Positions 55,253 through 64,000 of a DNA stretch of 64,000 nt are shown here, piece after piece. The notes under the pieces are model-generated. The model made no database searches. It was not told the origin of the DNA and worked only from the letters and a program-made list of their open reading frames with translations. A program made the translations under genes and the position numbers. Position 1 is the stretch's first letter, and every line of letters starts with the position of its first letter. This stretch comes from Epithemia pelagica (Eukaryota > Protista > Bacillariophyta), in contig OX337230.1 in the NCBI GenBank assembly GCA_946965045.2, positions 4,154,001 to 4,218,000 of the forward strand, read 5' to 3'.

Positions 55253-57310
55253 GTGTCGGCGAAAACACATTTTTATCTTCTGAACAAAGCCATCAAAATG
55301 CACCGAGAGCAAACGGTCGATTCCAGAGCTCGAGGAAGGAACGACCAAGTGCCTAGGGAAACAATGTCAGAAGCACGGTTAACTCCCGATCGAGAAATTC
55401 ATTTGTTAGCAGACTTCCAGCCTGGTCCGTGGGATGTGATATGCTCAAGGGGAATGGTGAGCTTTCACAACGGTGAGTTAGATTGCATTCATGTTTCCGA
55501 ATAGAGCATCAGTCATTCCTGATTTCTGGCCTGCTCACATTTTCATGACACGAACGGTACAGAGGGAAACATTCGTTTGCGCAAGATAATAGACGAATGT
55601 CTAGAAGAATACTTGCATGCCACCAAGTCAGAGAGAGTTGGCATTGTTTCGCGAATTATTGACCGAGTATTGGCAAAATCGAGTGTTGGATTTGTACGGC
55701 AAGATCCAGACACGAAACGATGGTTCAAGGCCTCTCGCCGTGTGGCACGAGAAAAGGTTGGCCAAGCGCTTCGAGCAGCCCTGAAAAAGAAGGGCATGTA
55801 CCAGTCCCGCAAAATGTCTGATCGAAGTCTAACATCTCCTTCTAGAGCAGAAGGAAGTAATTCATCTCCATCAGCAACCCCGATCGCAACAAAATCCAGT
55901 CTTCCGGGTGCTTCAAGAGGTTTGCTGTTGCCTACGCAATCCGATTCCGCTATTTTGCCTCATCCTCGATCGTCGCCACTATCCGCGTTGAGGGGACTTT
56001 CCGACTCGTCCCTTCCCATGTTTCACAAATCAAGCAGTAACGAGTCACTACCAACTTCTTTTCCATCCCCATCCTCTCCATCCATGGGCACACAGATGGA
56101 GGATACCAGTCGAGGGTCTTTGACTTCTAGCGGTCGCACATTAACAGATCCACTTTCAGCAGGCCTAGCTCAAGGCTCTTTTGCGACAGCTACCCCGGAT
56201 CCTTCCTCCAACTTGTCAAACCAAATCATGTTGACAGGAAGAAACAACAACGAATCATTGGTTGCAATGGACCAAATGAGTCATAGATCCCAAAGCAATA
56301 GCAACTTGGGTGTATTTCACACAGCTGCCTGCGAACCCATTCCCATTGCACCCTCGTCCTCGAATCGACCGATGTTGGGTCATTCAATGGCCAACATGAC
56401 TTATGGAGGAGGGGTCGAACAGCAACCACAAAACCAAGTACCAATAATGATGGAATCCGAGCAATTGTCATCTTCTCCACTGAACGAGGACAATCCAATG
56501 AGTTTGTTTTCTCTTCGTGACACGACTAGTACCGTCGGAGGGACTCGCGGAAGAATGACACAGGGCCTCCGATCCACCGTCAACACCAGCAGTAGTACTA
56601 GCAGCAGCATCAATGCCATGGACCCAATTCATTGGGAACCCACTCGACAGTTTCCACCCAACACCGGAAGCCCACTGTCAGTTTTGAACGAACCCACGCA
56701 TCCTCCCATTCAACAGCTGCAACATCAACAGCCGTATCATTCAGGGCCCGTATCCCACAATTTTGCCACCGCCACTAACAACCACAGTAATCTGATATCA
56801 CCTTTTCCCGTCGCTACCACCAGCAGCAGCAACAGCCGACGTGATAGCCTTTCCTTTTTGCCATCGTACCATCACCCAGATGGTATTTCCAACATGAACC
56901 AGGGTGTTTCTCCATTGCTAAATTCGCCTACCATGACAACCTCAGTCTTTCATCGTTCCGACCTTGTCGACCTTGTCGGTGAACCGTCCGAGCAAGAGCA
57001 ACAACAAACAATGTTCGCAGGACCACACTCTCCGCTTCAACGATCAAGCTCTCAACAGTATCATCATCATGAAGGACTTGAAGGAGGAGGAGGGCTTTCC
57101 TTGTCGAGCTTTTCGTTTGATGGTGGACCAACAGCCAATACTAATACCAGTACAGTTCGTGCAAGTCCTGGTACTAGAAATATGGAACAAGAACCGCCGC
57201 AACCACAAGATGCAAGGTTGAGGTATCAGCAACAACAGCAACGACAAGAACACTGGAACAGCCACAAGGACACTTCACGACGAGACCACCACGGTTCAAG
57301 CTACAGCTAG
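55253..57310 (+). CDS. DUF6824-domain protein, 2 exons; start uncertain
   Basis: PGPWDVICSRG...HN|EGNIRLRKII...GFVRQD...WF...AREKVGQALR; GT-AG intron 55473-55562; long Ser/Gln-rich tail. Confidence 0.82.
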
Positions 57311-58227
57311 AGGAGGGGGCACACGTGAATCGCCTATGTATTGCTACATACCGCTGGGTTCCGATTTTGGAGGAGGATAATAGAAGGGGCAACGCAAGAG
57401 ATGGAGAGAGCAAAAGGCTCCCTTCGTGGTTGCCACCACAATTTTAGTTTTGCCTAACCTAAAGTTTTCAAATTTTGAAGCGACAGGACATGTGCTCCAC
57501 ACATTCCGAGCGTTGCGTGTGTACGAGTGGTCTCACATAGGAGTTGCTCTTTAGTACGAGTAGCCTTTAAGTAGCACGTATCCCCCTCGAAAACTGAGCT
57601 CCTACGCTCAATCCCAGCAATTCACCAACCTCATAGCCATATTGAAAACAAAACAAGAAGACCATGGCGGCAGTTTGATCAACCTTTACACAATCATACC
57701 TCTGTTATGCCTCCTCCTGCTACCCGCCAGTGTGCTGTTACGAGTTTCCCGACAGAAATTGGTCTATTCCTTGTCTCAGAGAGCAACCTCTTTCCATCCG
57801 TCCACTCTCATTTTGTTTCTATTTCTGTTCGAGCAATTCACTGCTCTGCCCATGTGAATCAAGACAATCGATCAATGGAAAGTACAATGAAAGTGTCATT
57901 TTGGTCTGCAAATTCAGACCAACCAGTCCACGAAGCCATTGTTTCTGTTCCACTTGAATGGTCTCCAAGAATCTTTCTGGCAGCAATACGATTGACCGTC
58001 ACCCAACGAAACAACGTTTGCCTGTATAAAGTGACCGACACTCCACCAGGCTACTGCCGGATCAATGAGGTCCATTGGCTGTATGAGAACATTACAGCAA
58101 CAACCAGGAGTATTTTGGAAGAGCAACATGCTTTTGTCTTTATTTTTGGTGGTGACTCGTAATCAACACACAAGTACAAAGCAAAAACAAGCAGCAATTA
58201 ATGATGGTTTATTAGTATCTTTCATGA

Positions 58228-60450
58228 CTATCTGGTTTTTATTGTATCAATTCGGATTGATTTTAAGCAAGGAAAAGGGTCAGTTCGGAGAGGTAAAGAG
58301 AGCAGATCATTGCGATCATCGTCTCGTTTCAATTTCTTTTGCCGACTATTCTCATCCCTCCGCATATCCTCCTTTCTATTCTGACGCTTTCTTTCTTGTA
58401 CCTTTGCCACTTGGGCTCTCACTTGCGGAAGCTTTGAAATGGTTTCATCTACAATGTGGGAGAGGCTTGCTGACTGATGATTGAGAGATTTTGTCCGTGC
58501 CTCAGCTTGCAAACCAGTCTGATGAACTCTCTCGCCTTGCTCTTCTGTCAAGTCTCCTACTCCTTTGTAGTATCTAACAGAAGCAAGCAGATGATCCTCC
58601 ACAAAATGAAACTTTGGTGTGATACTCAAACCAAGAGCTCGCCACATATATGAGGATTGTTTAATTTGTTTTGCGAGCCTCTCGTAGTCGAGGCTGGTTG
58701 GGTGGTATCGCTTTATGGAACACAATGAAAAGACAGCATCAAGGTGTCCAAGTAACCTTTCATAGCCATCCAATACTGTCTTGATTGTATCTTGAGAAGC
58801 AACAAGGAAGGGTTCAGATCTTTCGCAATGCTTGTCTCCGTCTATCCAACGAGTAATGATGCAGAGACAACCTCGTGAAGCCCCTTGGCCATGATCACAG
58901 GACCATAATAAGTCAATGGAATGAAATTGTGGTATTTTGGATGACTGCTTCACAACAGAAATGACATAGGTCTTCAATGTTTCGACTATATCACGGCAGA
59001 ACCATTCCACGGAACGACTTCTCGATAAAGAGAGAGACGATGTTGTCGTTGGAGGAATTAGCGATCGAGACACAAGCAATTCCTTCCTAATTTTGTCTCT
59101 TCCTGCTATGACCGTTCGTCCAAAGTGGACGCAAAGATGGCTGGCAATGATCTCTGCTTGCGTTGTATTCAATCCAGCTTCGCAAAGCATTGCTGTTGTT
59201 TCAATGACAGACATCGGCTTGGCAACAACAATGTTTTTGCAAGAGCTTGCAGCACTGAGCATTGCTTCGGGGTATCTGTTTCCGACAAAAGCCAAGAGAA
59301 TAGCAGCGGCGTGTTCCATTGATGACAGACCATCGGCCTCTACTTCGTCTTCATTTTCTTCTTCATCAATGTGATCCTGCTCTCGTTCAATGGAACAAGA
59401 GTCAGGAACAAACTGCTTCAAAATATTGTCAAGGAATGGATGATCTCGTTCATTCTCTCGTAAACACTTCATATTGCGTGACTTTGGTATCCGACAGAGA
59501 CGGATGCGAGTAGAGTTCCCCATCTGAACGTTGAAGAGATCATACTTTCTCTTTGACTGTTCAAGAGTAACTAGGTTGCGAAGTACTGTCGAGACTGACC
59601 AGGTATTAGATGGGTCAATGCCAAACTTTTGGAGCGCATGTAAGGATTTGGCCTCAGCAAGAGGCGACATCATTGTGGATGAGACTGCCATTGCTGAGCG
59701 TTCTTCTCTTTTCTTTCGAAGGTCTTGGCCAAGTTTTATTATGATGTCCGCTGCATCCTTGTCAAAACTTTCAGGTTTTCTCCACCATGAGCGACTTGCA
59801 AGCTGTTCCCTTTTGAATATCTTGGGAAGAAGAAACTGATTGATTGTTCGGAATATCATTTCGTGCTCCTCCATTTTGTGTCGGTATTCTATTGTTGCTG
59901 ATTCATCCATACCAGGATTGTCTGGAGAAAAACAAACTTCAGGCAATGGAGCTGCTGAGGAAAGAGTACTGCGAGACAGGGATGGCTGCATTTCTTGCTT
60001 AATGGCCTGTTTGAGTTGATCAACAAATGGTTTCAGGCTGATTCGTCTTGGTGGCTGCGATAGGTGACGAGGCTCTTCATACAGTGGGAGGGCTCTTTGC
60101 CCAACTCCCAGTTTAATCCAGATACACTTTTGGTCCCTTTTTCTGGTTTCCACCTTGTCTTGGTACTCGGAATAGGTGAACAGGCGACTTGTATACGACA
60201 GTTCAGCCATGTTCAACAGTCGATCAAATCCATCAGCTGCATTCCGTACCAAATTTTGGCCTTTCTTCTTTTTCATTTTAGTCACTTCAAATACAATTTG
60301 CATTTCTTTGTCATCAAGACAACACAAACAAGCAATACTCCATGGGTGGGTGGCAGGGAGAAACAAACCATAGTGGAAACAGGATCCCTTGTTGGCTTCC
60401 TTGAGTAGAAGCACAAAAGCTTCCTCGATAGAGGTCGGTGAAAAATCCAT
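58228..60450 (-). mobile_element. Transib/Chapaev(RAG1)-like DDE transposase-related ORF, apparently internally deleted
   Basis: WSCDHGQG (first Asp) and ITPKFHFVEDH...GVGDLTEEQGERVHQ (His-x4-His plus Glu) are separated by only ~90 aa. No TIRs identified. Confidence 0.5.
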
Positions 60451-61069
60451 TATATCTCTTGAAGAAATGGCACAGCACCAATATAATTTTGTGGGAACCT
60501 CTCTTGGGCCGTGTTATCAGTGACACTGGCTTTGTATTGATAACAGAGATGATTCAGATGAGAAATTGGATGTTGTTCATGGTCAAGCCACTCTAATTTC
60601 CGGAACGTGGATGGAACGAAACGCGTTGATCCACGGAGGAGATTGAGTCGCACTTTGGAGCTTGACTATTTTCAGCGGAATACCGACGGGCGCGCATAAA
60701 CTACTCTTTATTCTATACTATGTGTGCGTTGAGTATAAATCTGGGGGCCATCGGAACGTGCCATGGGTCGCATCTCTCACGCATCGAGAATGGCCCCCTC
60801 TCTCATCATGTCCTTTGTCACATGGACACATTCAATGCGTGCGTGCGTGCGAGTGGATTTCATCCACAGATGATGTCAAGTCGTTGGTCGATCGAGAAGG
60901 AGTCACCAAAAGTCTTTTTTCATCCACTACTGGTAGGATGCTCGTTGCTGGTCGTCACCAAACGACTGTCGTCGATTGCGATGGCGTCTTGTGTCGGGAA
61001 AGGTCCTTGTGACCCATTCTCATGTGTGTGTGTGTGTGTGTGTGTGTGGGATTGGCAAAATATGGGGAC

Positions 61070-64000
61070 AAAAAAAAAAAAAGGTACAATCTATTTTAAC
61101 GCTGCCGCGCGCACCCGCTAGGGTAGCGTCGACCGACGCGCCTGGCTCCACACAAAATGTGAAGCGAGGACTAAAGGACGGGACAAGGTATGACAGGGGG
61201 GAGAAACATGGAGAGGTCGGTTAGGAGAGTGAAACAGTCCTGCTGATAACAGGACGCCAGGTGTTAATCCAGGAGCGAAGCAGAAACGAGGAAGTTTCCG
61301 CTTCGAAGTGGGCGTCGGTAGAAGAGTAGAAAATATCACGATAAGCCACGGGAACTTGATGTTGTAGATCATAAAGAGCACAGACTTCGCGTTGAGCTTG
61401 AGCGTAGGCAGCTGCTTCAATAGTAGGTGGTGTATTGCCATGGACGTCTTGGTTCCGAGTTATCCAAAGAGTGTGAATATGTTTCCACATGATTTTTATT
61501 GAGCCTGTGACAAAGTGTGTGCCAGAGATCGAGCGTTTAGCAAGGTTCCGTTGAGAAAGATATGAATCTTGAAGTCGACTCCACAACCGCGAGAAGCGTC
61601 CGAGGAAAAGTTGCTCAAAGCCAATAAGTCGTTGGTTAGTGATAAGGGTGCGATAAAGATCGGGAAAAGTAGGGAACACAGGTGGAAGATTTGCAAGCCA
61701 AGAATGGATCATTTCGGTCAGAATCAAGGACAAGTTAGGATCAAGGTGCTGATGTCGCCAAAATTGTTGTAGTTCGGTGATCATAGAACCTTTCCATTGA
61801 CGGTGAGGACAGCGGAGAAAGTGCGTTCGAGTCTCAACAACAGGTGGAGTGCAAAGAGGACACGTTTCCGAGTAAAAAACTGCATAACGTGAGCGCAGGT
61901 ATCCAAGGGGAAGCCAGTCATGGATGAGTTTTATCAGAAAATGGCGCCGGGCGAAAGAGGCTTTGATGACGCGGCCATGGGCAGGCCAATCGATTGAGTC
62001 ATACACCGAGAGAGGCCAGTCGTACTTGTTTGTAAGGTAATCCCGAAGAGTGGTCCATGTAGCAAGATACCGTAGGGTACCACGGTAGTTTGAGTGAACA
62101 GTACCGAGTGGTGTGTGGAGCATGGCGTGGCTGCCTGAAATGAGAGGAGCATGTGTGGATGAGATTGAAGCTGGGTACTCGTAATCTTCAGCAAGACGGT
62201 CTGCATCGACATTAAGTTGGGCTGGGAGTGGGAGTGTCTCATAAGATCTGGTTCTGTCTTGGTGTCCACGTACATGAAAAAACTGTGGAATCACAGGAAA
62301 TTGGCGGAGGGTGTACGTGATGGATTGTTGGATATCCCAATCTGCTTCCATAGTCGAGTATGGGAAATCGTATGCCCATTCGAGACGTTTCTCGACAGTT
62401 TGAATTAGACTTTTCGAGTCTGTATAAAGAAGAAGTTGGGACTGGAGGTGGAGACCGAGAAACTTTGTGATGTGAAAAATGCTTCGTAGAATCGCAAGCA
62501 TACCATAACTCTCAGAGCGAAAAGACGAGGTTCTGTACCCGGGAGCCGGACCGCGAAGATGGAACAGGCGTTGACCATGAGGAGTGCTGCAAATGGAGCC
62601 AAACTTGCCGGTGAAAAGAGCAGCTGAGCCGTCACTACAGAAGAGAAGGCGGTTTGTTGTTTGGAAAACATGATGTATCGCAGCAGTCGGACAAAGAAAG
62701 TCAAGTTGGGAGAGAAGCTGTTGGTCCCATCTGGCAAGACTAGCTGTGTACTCAAGAAATGAGTTCGGAGAAGATGGTGTGGGAGGCAGTTGCTGTGGGC
62801 GGCATGGTGACAAGAAGAATCCAGGGCCATTTTGAATCACATGAGCGGGAACAGCAGTGGGGGGAGGTTTCGGCGACATTTGAGACGTAGGAAGAAATAA
62901 CGGATGTTGATACCAGTAATGGCGGTACCCGTCCTGTTCAGAGACGTAAAGTGTGCAGCTGGGGCAGTCCACCAAGTATTTCCAATGGCGGTATGTTTCA
63001 TGGCCTGGAACGAGCCATCGACCAAGGGGAGTCGCTAGAAGAAATGGAGAGCTTGGTTGTCGAAGAAGTTCCAGCAATTTGTGCCATTGATTCCACGCTC
63101 GAGAGCTGGGCTTTGTTTGATACGGAATCAAGCCGTGATGGGTTGAAAAGTTATCGTGACGATATTCTGTGGTGAATAGTGACAGTTTCTTGCCATCAGG
63201 AGTAACTATATCACTGAGTAAGGTGACACCCAGGTACATGCGACAAGCGTTCAGCATCTGGAGTTCCATCGGGGTAAGAGTCATTGACTCGAGTACAAGA
63301 TCCATCAGGAATCGGTCATTCTCTCGTTGAAGTTTGGGGAGGAACGTAGCTTCGAGTTCGATGTGGCAGTTTGTTGAGTGAAGGAACTGTCGTACTTGGG
63401 GGATCCATTTCATCGGTGCAAGATATGGTATCGGAGTTGAAACGTCCTCGAAAACAGACACGCTAGTACCAGCAAGAAACTGTGCCCAAGAGATGGCGAT
63501 ATTGGCTAGCTTGGCAGGGACGCCAGGAGAGCGAAGACATGCCAGTAGAAGATAGGTCTGGGAGATTCCCCTTTCGACAGAGAGTGTACGAAGTCCAAGG
63601 CCTCCAAGATCACTGGGTCCGTAGACAATGGCATTTGGCATATGTCGATTGAAGCCGTATTTGGGTAAAAAGGCTTTTTTGAATTGCACTTGTAAAGCAT
63701 TACAATGTGCATCGGACAGAGTGGAAGAGGGAAGTGGATAGCATATACTCGGTAAGTAAATTGCATGATAGTAAGCCCAGGCGTCGGTTCTCGAAAACGG
63801 ACTACTAGCCATGACTGAAGCATGTTTTTGATTCTTCTTGGCAAGGGCAAGGAACAGACCTTTATCCGTACAGAAAGGCGATTTTTGCACGCCCAATGTT
63901 TTGTGGCTGCGATACGAAGAAAGTTGTTTAATGGGAGTAGCCTGATCAGAGTCGTGGAACTTGATGGTAATCCTTGGTCCGAAGGAGTCGGGTTGGAGGG
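61070..64000 (-). mobile_element. Ambal-like non-LTR retrotransposon, 3' part (RT thumb, RNase H, CCHC finger); 5' end off-window
   Basis: ORF open to the window edge (HKTLGV). RNase H FCSDGS...RSESYG...YTDSKS...HVRGHQ...NVDADRLA; CPLC...ETRTHFLRC. Stop at 61221, then the conserved 3' stem-loop (61091-61142) and plus-strand A13 (61070-61082). Confidence 0.9.

Noticed and set aside
57707-58162. 151-aa ORF convergent with the Transib-like ORF (possible third cargo gene)
   Set aside because: No recognisable motif and no element boundaries to place it inside a transposon.
57495-60860. Weak direct similarity (ACACATTC...GCGTG...CGAGTGG) at ~57500 and ~60830 flanking the Transib-like ORF
   Set aside because: About 70% over <40 bp of low-complexity sequence; not convincing as element ends.
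61091-61105. GCGTTAAAATAG resembles the pistol ribozyme (CGUUAAAUAG) and the Cas9 tracrRNA (GUUAAAAUAAG)
   Set aside because: Only a short match; the pistol pseudoknot and tracr anti-repeat are not evident. Kept only as part of the LINE 3' motif.

Overview
Eukaryotic, transposon-rich window, most likely from a pennate diatom (Lhcf antenna gene with an AFAP-type plastid presequence, two DUF6824 genes, CoDi-type Copia and Ambal-type LINE). Host genes: annexin, two Kelch-repeat paralogs, an EGY/M50-like membrane protein, Raptor, Lhcf, HSF, two Crinkler-like genes and a 3-exon secreted Cys-rich microprotein that the ORF track misses. Mobile DNA: a complete Copia (774-bp LTRs, CACTG TSD) nested in the 3' end of a hAT transposase; a MULE-type element bounded by perfect 93-bp TIRs; a TA-flanked MITE; a deleted Transib/Chapaev-like ORF; two Ambal-like LINE 3' ends; a SINE-like element. 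Top observation: two unrelated DNA transposons each have a convergently oriented DNA base-modifying enzyme next to the transposase. The MULE carries an intact TET/JBP-like Fe(II) dioxygenase (HxD...H, canonical 2OG Arg apparently missing) with a 7x179-bp array upstream, all inside its TIRs. The hAT abuts an Nth/HhH-GPD glycosylase. Together these suggest transposon-borne epigenetic (anti-silencing) cargo. Second: the LINE ends finish in sense-strand poly(T), in one case inside a 15-bp TSD, and share a covarying 3' stem-loop with the SINE-like element. Family assignments come from motif recognition by eye; no searches were run.
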